Positions 1-10,473 of a stretch of DNA of 64,000 nucleotides are shown here, piece by piece; the first letter of the stretch is position 1, and every line of letters starts with the position of its first letter. The position numbers and the translations under genes were made by a program. Source of the DNA: Azolla caroliniana (taxonomy: Eukaryota > Plantae > Polypodiophyta); NCBI GenBank assembly GCA_043228905.1, contig JBHGNT010000014.1, positions 7,750,001 through 7,814,000 on the forward strand, in the 5' to 3' direction. The notes below the pieces were generated by a model. It was not told where the DNA came from, searched no databases, and worked only from the letters and a program-made list of their open reading frames with translations.

Positions 1-807
1 CCAGTCGGCGTAGTTCTGTGAGTTCAACACCATCATGCCCGGAGGCCCACTACCGCCGCCTTCCATTTTCTGTGTTACCGTCGCTCTGATACCAATTTGT
101 AGCAAAACAGTGCTCGGCCACAACCGAGGAATAGGATCAACTCACAGAAAACGGGAAATACAAAGTGCACGAGAACAATAGAGAGAAAGGTACACTGGAT
201 ATTTTACGTGGAAAACCCTAAATGGGAAAAACCACGGGAGTTCTCAAACTCCAACTATCACTATGAACAGGGATATACACTGGTGAAGCTGCAAGGCAAC
301 AACCTTGAGCTCACTGTCTTCGCCACAGGCGGCGGTAATACACAGAGGCAACTACCTCTTCGTCCTCTCTCTCTCTCTCACTCTCTCTCGGCTGCTCCCT
401 CACTTCGCATAACATGAGCAACAACAACAAACTGTTTGCCCTAAGTCATATTTATACACATATGACTTTCGGGCTATTTACAAATATAGCCTCAAGGGCC
501 CTTGGCAAACATATTCACAAATATGTCCCCGCAACCGGATCTCTCTCCGGGTACATACGTCATCCGGCTCCGTAACCGGGGTCTTCAGCATCCGGCTCCG
601 TAACCGGGGTCTTCATCATCCGGCTCCATAACCGGGGTCTTCATCATCCGGCTCCATAACCGGGGTCTTCATCATCCGGATCCGTAGCCGGGTACTCTTC
701 ATCCGGCTTCATGCCGGGTACTCTTCATCACCCGGTTCCGTAACGGCCTCCGGGCTTGCCGTCATTCATCTCCGGACATCCCATCCGGAGGGACCGAAAT
801 CCCAACA
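1..807 (-). mobile_element. Cop1: 5' end of a Ty1/copia element (5' LTR 98-807, PBS 83-94, gag start at 66); continues off the left edge
   Basis: gctctgatacca at 83-94 is tggtatcagagc (tRNA-iMet PBS) on the minus strand. The minus frame from 66 reads MEGGGSGPPGMMVLNSQNYADW (gag-like N-terminus). The LTR is bounded TG..CA, and its end ccggaggga..cccaaca is shared with the LTR ends at 47964 and 61774. Confidence 0.85.
560..745. repeat. 28-bp tandem array inside the Cop1 LTR
   Basis: About 6 copies of catccggctccgtaaccggggtcttcat, degenerating to the right. Confidence 0.9.
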
Positions 808-2407
808 AACCTCCGGAGAGATACTCTCCCAGAATTTTCCTTACCGACGTCGGCGAACCGATGTCTTACGAAGAAGCATCGGCATCTGCCGATTCAGCCA
901 CAAGGCATCTGGCGATGGAGCCGGAAATGCACTTCATTCGGGCAAACAAGACTTGGGGCTTGGTTGAATTACCGAAGAATCGACGTGCTCTTCCGTGTAA
1001 GTGGGTCTATCGACTAAAAGAGACGTCCGACTCGACCACCCCAAAGTACAAGGCCAGATTAGTTGCGAAGGGATTTCGACAAGAATATGGCATCGACTTC
1101 GACGAAATCTTTTCACCAGTGGTGAAAATGAGGACCCTTCGTTTCATGCTCGGCGTCGTGGCCGCCGACAACTTGGAGTTGATTCAGCTAGAGGTAAAAA
1201 CGACATTCCTCCATGGTGACCTACAGGAGGAAATCTATATGGAGCAGCCGAAAGGCTTTGTGGTATCCGGCCAGGAACATCTAGTCTGCCGACTCAGGAA
1301 GAGTCTCTATGACCTGAAACAGGCACCCCGATAGTGGTACAAGAAGTTCGACGACTTCATCCAATCGGTTGGCTTCTCAAAGAGCGATGAGGACCACTGT
1401 CTCTTCACCAAAACAGCTCAAGACGGGTCTCCCGTCTTCCTCATCATCTACGTGGACGACATGCTACTCTCCAGTCGGCATGTCGGAGAGCTCACTGACC
1501 TCGTTCGGCAACTGCGGTTGAAGTTTGCCATGAAGGACCTTGGTCCGGCAAGACACATACTTGGTATGAAGATTAGTCGGTATCTCAATACACAACAACT
1601 TTTCTTGTCTCAAACCGACTACATCGGACGTGTCTTAGAACGCTTCAACATGAAATCAGCCAAGTCTGCTTCGACCCCGCTCCCCATCAACCTTCGGCTG
1701 TCTTAGCGAGACTGTCTGACATCTAGTCCGGAGGGGGAAGATATGAAGTCGGTACCGTATGCACCGGCAGTCGGCTCCCTCATGTACGCGATGGTCGCGA
1801 CACGGCCTGGTATTTCTCACGATGTAGGAATTGTCACCAGATTCATGCACAACCCCGACTGATCGCATTGGAACGCAGTCAAACATGTGTTCAGATATCT
1901 AGCTGGCACAAAAGAGCACGACATTCTTTTTGGCCTGAACTCAACCTCAAGTGTAGTCGGTTACACCGACTCGGACTTCGCCGATTGTGTGGACAGTTGG
2001 AAATCAACAACTGGATATTGTTTCAAATTCAGCAATGGAGCAATCTCATGGAAGTCAAAACTTAAGGAGAGAAAATCCACCTCAACGACCGAAGCGGAAT
2101 ATGTAGCTACGTCCGACGTGGCAAAAGAAGCTTTATTCGGCAGGTCGACTCCGACTCGGCTCTAGTTGTCTACAACGACAGTCAGGGTGTTGTTTCTTTG
2201 TCAAAAAAACCGGTTCACCACAATGCCTCTAAGCATATCAATGTTCAATATCACTTCGTTCGAGACTGCGTCATTTCAGGGAAAATCGGTCTCGAGAAGA
2301 TATCTACAACCGATAATGTCGTAGATGGAATGACCAAGTGTCTTTCGGCGGATCGTTTCTGGTCCCTTCGGCACCAGATGGGCGTAACGAAAAATCGGTC
2401 CGGTTAA
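808..2407 (+). pseudogene. pol: copia reverse transcriptase-RNase H, disrupted
   Basis: Copia RT/RH motifs broken by in-frame stops (e.g. TAG at 1332) and frameshifts. Confidence 0.9.
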
Positions 2408-2912
2408 AGTCGGACACACAACACAGGATGGTTTCGGACCACCGACATCGGTTCTCTGAAGATCAGCTTTAGCTCTTCCGACCCGACCTATTCGGTCTTC
2501 TGTCTTCGGATCTTGCCAACTTTGACAAAACCGATCTGTCTGATAAACCTTGTATATATACTTGTAATTCTTTAGATAACACATGTATACGCCCATTACG
2601 GGGGAGTGTCGAATACGAGTGTATAATGGCCGTATTCACACTGTCCCTTTGGACAACCCAAGTTCGGACTATTTCTGTAAATAGCATAAAGGGCAGTTGC
2701 CCTAGGATAGTCACTATATAAAGTGACTTTGTAACCTTTAGTGAAGGTTGGTTGTCATTTTGTAACAGTTGCTATTTGGAATATAACGTTTCCTTTGTGC
2801 CTCTCTCTCCCTCCCTCCCTCCCTCTTGTGTCTATCTTGCTTATGCATACATAGGTTCTTCTTCATCACGAATGTTGCTTGCACTTCCGCATTGACGGCC
2901 TTGTCCCCAACA
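808..2912 (+). mobile_element. Cop2: 3' half of a Ty1/copia element (RT-RNaseH, PPT about 2599-2606, 3' LTR 2607-2912), interrupted at its left by Cop1
   Basis: ORFs 756-1334, 1452-1706, 1887-2165 and 2198-2407 carry [18 protein letters not shown] and SKHINVQYHFVRD. cgggggag is followed by TGTC...AACA. Confidence 0.9.
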
Positions 2913-5871
2913 AAAACCTCCATTTGTAATGAATTGGCACATCCCCTTTCTTGTGGAGGATTGTAAAAGAATACGTTGCGGAAGCAATAGAAAACCGAAA
3001 ACACAGAAACACAAGTTTAATGAGAGCTTGAAAATACACAGTACGTGGGAGAGACTGAGAGAGAATGAGAGAGCAAAACATAAGACTATATTCAAAATAA
3101 CTCTAAAACTCTATAATACTCTGTACATCGTATGTGTTCAGTGAACACTTTTATACAAGTCCATACGGACTGACAAAAGTACGGTGTACTTCAATGCTCA
3201 CTCGAGCGTCTGACACTAACTACGAGACTATTAACTATCTAGTAGTCTAGGCTACTACTAGGCTTCCGGTTATTGTTTGATCCAGCTAACCGGCTCCCAA
3301 GCTCACCGGCTCACCGATCCAGCTTATCCTTCCGGATGTTGATCCGGCTTAGGCTTATTCAGCCGATCCTGATCCGGTTGAGCTTGCCGCTCAACACTCC
3401 CCCTCAAGCTCAACTTGAGGTCGGATCGTAGTGTCAGTTCCCATGGCAGCCGATCCTTCTACCCGGCTCCTTCTAGCGTCACTCCGCCTTGCTCGCGCTT
3501 GTTGTCCGGTCCAGTCCCATTTGCTGCAACCCCTCTGGTTCTGTGTGCCTCGACCTCCTCGATCGGCTTGTCTACTCAACAGGCCCAATTCAGCTCCCTC
3601 GTTGGTGTGACTTCGGCGCTTGCCGATTCGCCGATTCCTTCGTGTTGGCGTCGACTTTCGCTGCTTTCTCGTCGTCTTGGCCTTGAATTGATCCGGTTCT
3701 TCCGAATCCATCTGTTGAACCGAATCGGCTGTCTCCGATTCGTTCCAGATCTTGTCCGATTCCAGACCCTTCACCACATCGGACCATGTCTGGGTCTTGG
3801 CCTTCTTCTTCCGGTCGACTCTGTCCTTCTTGACTCTGCCGCCGCTGCCGCTTGCTCCGACTTGTTTGGATGTGTCAACTTCTTTTGTTGACTCGTCTCC
3901 TTTCTTCTTCTTGTCTCTCCCTTTGGCGGTTCTTCCCTTACCAGCACAATCGACAGTTTCTTTGCCTTTGCCCGTTCTCCCCCTCAAGTGTGGCACGTCG
4001 AGATGCTGAAGACCAAGCATATCGGTGAAGTGCGGCAACTTGTCTGATCCAAGCAGTTTGGTGAAGATGTCAGCAACTTGCCGATCCGTATGAACATATC
4101 GAAGTTCGACTTCACCGCTTAGGACACACTCACGCACGAAGTGGTAGTGCACTTCTATGCGCTTTGTGCGAGCATGGAATACGGGGTTCTTGGCGAGCTG
4201 CATGCTGCTTATGTTGTCGTAGTAGATCAGGATCGGGGTCGGCACCTCGATCCGCAGGTCTTGCAGCAGTCGCCAAAGCCAAATGGCTTCATAGGTGGCA
4301 TTGGTAGCGCCCCGGTATTCAGCCTCAATGCTCGGAAGGGCCATTGTTGGCAGCTTTTGCTGCTCCACGCAACAACCGTGCTACCAAGGGAAAACATATA
4401 GCCGGAGGTGGATCGGCGATCGGATGCATTGCCGGCCCATTCGGCATCGGTGTAGCCGACTAACTCTTCGGTTATACCATGCCGATATAACAGTCCCATT
4501 TCCTTCGTGCCGCTCACATATCGAAAAATTCGATGTGCGCACAGAAGGTGCTCCACAGTTGGCTTCTGCATATATTGGCTGATCACGCCGACCGGATAAC
4601 TGATGTCGGATTGGGTGATTGTCAAATATATAAGGCTTCTGACGATTTTTCGGAACCGTTTCTCATCGCAAGCCGATCCGGAGTTGGGACGGAGCTTCTG
4701 GTTCCGGTCCAGGGGTGTAGAGATAGGCTGACATTCTGTCATGCCGAACTTGTACAACATATTCAACACATAGTGTCTCTGTGAGAGCAATATGCCGTTG
4801 GGGGTTCGGATCACCTCGATCCCAAGGAAATAGTAAAGGTTCCCTAGATCCTTCATCTCAAATGCGTCCGATAGCTGGGACTTGACTTAGCTGATTTCAT
4901 CGAGTCCGGGTCCAGTGATGACTAGATCATCAACATACAATAAGATGCAAACTGGACCGTCTGGACCTTTCCGGATGGACAACGAAGAGTCAGACTTGGA
5001 GGCCGCAAACCCCATCTTACGCAATCGGTGTGTGATCTTCGCATTCCAAGCTTGGGGGGCTTGCTTCATGCCATAAAGTGACTTCTTCAGCCGGCATACC
5101 GCCGACTTGTTCATCTCCGTTTGGAAACCGGGAGGTTGGGTCATAAAGACCTCTTCTTCAAGATCGCCTTGAAGAAATGCATTCTTCACGTCCATCTAGT
5201 GAAGATGCCACTGCCTTGCCGCAGCAACCGCCAGCACCACACGAACTGTCGTCATCTTCGCTACTGGAGCGAAGGTCTCGTCGTAGTCAATTCCGTGGGT
5301 TTGCGCATATCCCTTCGCCACTAACTGGGCCTTGTACCGGTTAACCGAACCATCGACATTGTACTTTACCTTGTACACCCACTTGCATCCGATCGGTTTA
5401 TAGTGTTGGGGAGGGTCAACTAGGTCCCATGTGTCATTGGCATCAAGTGCCCGCATTTCTTCCTCCATAGTGGCACGCCAATTTGCGTCCTTTACCGCTT
5501 CTGCGTAGCTCTCCGGCTCACGCACTTCCACCACCTTGGTCATGTATGCATAGTGATGCGCCATGTACTCATTGTACTCGTACCGCTTCACGGGGTTCTT
5601 CTGGCGGGAAGACCGGCGTGACTTATCATTACCCGGTTTGAGGCCCTTCTTGGCCGGTGCGGTCTTTGTTGTTGAAGATCCGCCTGTCAGAACCAAGGAT
5701 AAAAGATAGAGTGATGGAAGAAGGATAGAGAAGAATGGATGTATAAGATAGAGAAAGAAAGAGAATGGATACAAGATATGTAATGAGAGCTAAAGACTAG
5801 TGTTGATTCGAATTGATTTGAGAATACATGTATGCGCTTATTTATAGGTTCCTACAGAGTAGCTTTAGAGA

Positions 5872-5937
5872 TTTCTAGAATGTTCTAGAATGTTCTAGAC
5901 CTAGAATGCTCTAGGACATTCTAGAACATTCTAGAAT
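5872..5937. promoter_or_regulatory. Heat-shock element array (alternating nGAAn/nTTCn pentamers)
   Basis: tTTCt aGAAt gTTCt aGAAt gTTCt (5872-5896) and aTTCt aGAAc aTTCt aGAAt (5918-5937), just upstream of the LTR TATA box. Confidence 0.75.
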
Positions 5938-6006
5938 AATCTAGAGTTTTTACAATAATCAATGTAATACAAGAAATAGCTTTTATTGTTTCATATAACA
6001 ATAAGC

Positions 6007-6061
6007 TATCTTAATGGTTGAGGTTTTCAAGTATGAATTACAAGGTTCGAGGTTCAAGTCC
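6007..6061 (+). promoter_or_regulatory. tRNA-like Pol III A/B-box cassette in LTR U3
   Basis: A-box-like tatcttaatgg (6007) and B-box ggttcaagtcc (6051), starts 44 nt apart as in tRNA genes. Confidence 0.6.
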
Positions 6062-9000
6062 GGGTGTAATGGTCATGTGTTCATGACACCGCCTTCATCC
6101 TTTTCGGAGTCGGATTCATCCCGATCCAACTCAACGTTGCCGGTTTCGTATTTCGGCAACTTCTTCTTCCCCTTCTCTTTGCGCGTTAACCGTCTCCTCG
6201 GTTCCTTGTGTGGGGAGAATATGGCAGAGTCTCCATTACTCGCCGGTTCCTCATCCGACTGGTCATCCCGACTCAGCCGCTCATTCGGTCCACTTAAACG
6301 AAATGAGATCGGACTCTCTTCTAGAGTGCTGAGGTCTTCATCTTCTATTTGGACCAGTTCAGGTTCACTAGTCTCATCCTCCGGTATCGAGTCGAGGTCG
6401 GAAGTTGGAGCCGGTAAGGCATACCATGATGCCGTCTCATCAAACTCAACATCCCGGCTAACTCGGACCTGCTTCGTCTAGGGGTTATAACACTTATACC
6501 CCTTTTGCTCATGCGAGTAACCGACCAGGATGCATTTCTTCGACTTTGCATCCAACTTCCTCCTCTTCTCATCCGGAACATGCACATATGCAATGCTACT
6601 GAATATCCGAAGGTGTCTCAAATTCGGCTTGTGTCCGAAATACAGCTCATGTGCGGACACCTTGTCACCGATCTGGTTTTGGATGTAGACGGCTGTCCGG
6701 ACCGCCTCCGCCCAGTAGAAATGGGGCATGCTCTTCTCCTCCAGCATTGCCCTTGCCGCATCGACGATCGACTGGTTCTTCCCTTTGGCCACACCGTTTT
6801 GCTCCGATGTGTATCTGGAGCTGAACTCTTTCCGAATTCCTTTTTGCTGCAGATAACTGTTGAATTGGCCGGAAAATATTCTTTTCCGCCATCCGACTGC
6901 ATGCACTTGATCTTCCTCTCTGTTTCCCGTTCAACCAGGTTTTGCAAGTTCCGGAAACACTCGAAGACTTCACTCTTCCACTCAATGAGGTAGATCCATG
7001 TGTGCCGGTTATAGTCGTCAATGAAGGAGACAAAATACCGACTCCCGCCAAGACTAACGTTTTGTGCTGGTCCCCATACATCCGAATGAATAAGGTCGAG
7101 CTTGTTACGACTCCGGTTTCATTCGGTGGGGAATGGAAGCCGGTATTGCTTCCCGAGTTGGCAGGCTTCACATATTTGAGCATTCTGACCACTGAACTTT
7201 GGCAAACCGAAAACAACTTGTTTCGTTTGTAGGTCTTGAAACCTTCAGTAATTGACGTGGCCGATCCGCTTGTGCCACAGGTCGATTTCCGATTCGACCT
7301 TCTGTCCTTTGGCAAACAAAGCGGTGCCTACGTCATTGGTGTCGAGGATGAACATCCTCCCGTTTCTGCGCCCTTGCGCAATAATTTGGCCCTCTTCCTC
7401 AATGAAGCACCCGAGGTGCGTAAACCGCACCTGCATCCCCTAGACGACTATTTGTCCAACCGACACCAGGTTCTTCGTGATGGTCAGAACGTGTAATACG
7501 TTCATTAGCTTCCCCCTCTGTCCGACGTGGCTCAAAGGGACTTCTCCGACATGCACGATTGGGTGAGGGCTGTCGTCTCTGGTTTCGACAACCCCCGGTT
7601 GTTCCAGTTTCTCCAAGAAGGAGAACCACTCTTTGTGGCTCGTCATGTGATTCAACGCACCGGAATCAATGTACCACACTTCCTCCGATTTGGAAGTGGT
7701 CTTCTTCATCGAGTTAGCCTCGTGTTTCACCACCAAGGCTGTGGCCCTTTACCGGCTTTTCCGGTTTTGGATCCTCCCGATTCTTCTGTGTAGTGCGAGT
7801 ATTGTCGGTTCTCTCTACCGGCCTTGCTGGATCCGGATTTATCCGAATCGGTGCGCTTCTTCCAACACTCGCTTTCTCTGTGGCCCTTTTTACCACAGTA
7901 CCAGCATTCCGTATCAGCCTTTGCTTGCCAGCCTCCACCGCCGCCTTGACTCCCCCTCCTTGTGGAGGGTCTGGAACTGCTATCGACACTTTCTCTGTGC
8001 CTTCGGTCCTGGTCTTGCCAGCCGCTACCATTGCAGGCCGTCCTGCCTCGTCCACCACGCCCACAGGGCCGGTCCGCCTCCGTGTCCAACATTCGACTAT
8101 CGGTGGGTGCACTTGTTGATGCACCGACGTGGTTCTCCTCTACAAGGAGCATCGACTGTAAGTCGAAAAATGATGGCGTATTCTCCCTTGTGCACACAAC
8201 AATTCGGAACGCTCCGAACTTTGACGCCAAACCTCCGAGGCAGATTTGCACCATATCGGCTTCTTCGATTTTCACATCGATGGAGGCCAGAGAGTCGTAA
8301 ATTTCCTTGATTTTGGAGGTGTAGTCTGCCACCAACAAGTCGCGTTGTCGTAGGTTGCTCAACTCCTGTTGGAGTTGAAGCTTCCTGGCTGTAGTGCTTG
8401 CGGCGAAAATCTTCTTCAGATTTCCCCAAGCATCTTTCGGCGTTTTTGCATCCCGAATGTAGCTTAGGAGTTGTTTGCCCACACAAGACGGGAAGCAGTA
8501 TAGTACTCTGCTCACCGACTGTTCCCACACCGGGAAATCTCTGTGTGTCGATTCGGGTGCTGTGTCGTTTGCTCTGTCGACATAGCTCCACTACTCGTGC
8601 CCAAGTAGGTACTGGTGCATCTTGTAGGACCAAGATGCGTAGTTGTTTTTGTCGAGCTTCTCGGTAGGAAGCGAGCTAGCCATGCCTCTATCCATTTTGT
8701 TTTTACCTGTTCTTCTTGGTTGGTTTTCTTTTCAAGCTATGTCGGCTGTAGAGGTTCTCAACCCTCGCGCTTTGATACCATGTAAAAGAATACATTGCGG
8801 AAGCAATGGAAAACCAAAAACACAGAAACACAAGTTTAATGGAGAGCTCTAATATACACAGTACGCGGGAGAGACAGAGAGAGAGTGAGAGAGCAGAACA
8901 TAAGACTATATTCAAAATAACTCTAAAAATCTGTAATACTCAGTACATCGTATGTGTTCATTGAACACTTTTATACAAGTCCATACGGAGTCACAGAAGT

Positions 9001-9200
9001 ACGGTGTACTTCAATGCTCACTCGAGCGTCTGACACTAACTACGAGTCTATTACCTATCTAGTAGTCTAGGCTACTACTAGGCTTCCAGTTACTGTTTGA
9101 TCCAGCTAACCGGCTCACCGATCCATCTCATCCTTCCAGATGCCGATCCGTCTCAGGCTTATTCAGCTGATCCAGATCTGGTTGAGCTTGCCGCTCAACA

Positions 9201-9945
9201 AGGATGTCATTCCACAAAATCCAACATACTTCACCAAGATGTCAACAAATGATTAACTATCATAGACCCTGCACTTTTGACATCCCTGTCAGAATTAATT
9301 ACATTCCACCAATTAGCTTCAACCTTCATGTTTCCAAGTTTAATTCCGTTCTTCTCTATAAAGAACACCACCATTTCTATCCAAGGTTGTACACCTTCAA
9401 ACATAAATTGAATGAAAGTAAATCAAAGGGCCACCATATGCTCATATAGATTCAATATTGATGCCCCACCAAGACGCTTCGGAGTACAAACATGATCCCA
9501 TGGCAACCATGACAAGGCACTTTCCCCTTTTCTTTTCCATAACAACATTCGCATTGAGCGTGACAATATTTCAAGCGCTTTCTTTGACCATGGGAGCAAA
9601 GGAAGATAATCTATTGGACCACCTTAAGTTGTACATGAAAATGCCAAAATTGAGGCCACCAATACATAAACTTATCCCCCAACCTTTCAGATACCCACTC
9701 AATAAGTTTCACATGAGAAACTTCCACCCCAATTGGATATCCAAGGTGACAACAAATCATACCACGATGTACTACCCTTCCTGACCACCCCAACCCTAAC
9801 ACGTTTTGTTCTATGCATGAAACGAGGACAGAATTATGCATATTAATAATTCTCAACCCTGAAGCATTTGAAAAAAAATCCCACACATCTATCTCTTGTC
9901 TTACTAATATTTTCCTAATTAGGTGCCAAAAACATAATATGGTCA
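9201..9945 (-). mobile_element. Old L1-clade LINE remnant (RT C-terminal part); continues at 2913-2961
   Basis: Minus translation DHIMFL..WDFFSNASGLRIIN..HLGYPIGVEV..W matches the plant LINE RT pattern SGLxIN..YLGxP. It is split by Cop3 with a TSD. Confidence 0.7.
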
Positions 9946-10473
9946 TGTAAAGAATCGGATATGATTCTCGTGCAGCGGGAGAGATGTGTGTTATGTGCAT
10001 GTGTGAGAGGAAAGAGATGAGTGAAGAGAAAACACAAGATAGATTGGATAGAATGGAAAATAGAATACTCAAGAAGAAGGTGTATATTCACAAGGAGAAT
10101 ATGAGATATAGTAGCATTACAAGGAGTCACAACCGATGTAGTATGAGGTAGGAGGAGGGTGTTTTATATATAGTCACCCTCTCTCTTCATTAACTAACTA
10201 TAGCAACCACTCTCTATTGGGGAATGTGAAGATTCATTAGTCATGGGGAATATGAAACTCATTAGTTATGTGTCATAGAATATGATTCTATGACACATAG
10301 TTAGTGTGTAGAGAGTAGTGGTGTAACTTTTGACCTTTGAGTGCTCATAGATTCTCAAAGGGTGTGTTCACACACAATGTTAGGTTGATCTTGATTCTCA
10401 ACACGCCCCCTCAAGCTCAACTCAGGCCGGTTCCTTTCGGTTGATGTTCGCTTCTTCTTTGGCTGGTATCCGG

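Larger units (their letters stand above)
5685..6088 (-). mobile_element. Solo LTR of a gypsy family (same family as the LTR at 55359), inserted in Cop3
   Basis: TG..CA ends. TSD ccgcc at 5680-5684 and 6089-6093. TATA box cctataaata on the minus strand (5839-5848). Homologous to 55359-55775. Confidence 0.92.
3391..8695 (-). pseudogene. gag-pol: Cop3 gag-pol, fragmented, with a charged C-terminal extension
   Basis: ORFs 7727-8530 (CWYCGKKGHRESEC), 7440-7736, 6478-6906, 5196-5684, 4887-5195, 4227-4856 and 3391-4368. Confidence 0.93.
2962..9200 (-). mobile_element. Cop3: full-length Ty1/copia element (3' LTR 2962-3396, PPT 3397-3405, PBS 8769-8780, 5' LTR 8781-9200)
   Basis: Two near-identical TG..CA LTRs. 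TSD aggat at 2957-2961 and 9201-9205. PBS tggtatcaaagc. Domain order gag(CCHC)-PR(WYIDSGA)-INT-RT-RH. Confidence 0.97.

Noticed and set aside
560-745. CRISPR-like array (also 61436-61690)
   Set aside because: Units are contiguous with no unique spacers, lie inside LTRs, and no cas genes are present.
5196-5774. Hydrophobic signal or env-like N-terminus on the RT ORF
   Set aside because: The hydrophobic part is read from the CT-rich end of the inserted solo LTR.
3415-8633. Numerous antisense and alternate-frame ORFs over copia/gypsy coding regions
   Set aside because: They are shadow ORFs of GC-rich retroelement genes with no independent motifs.
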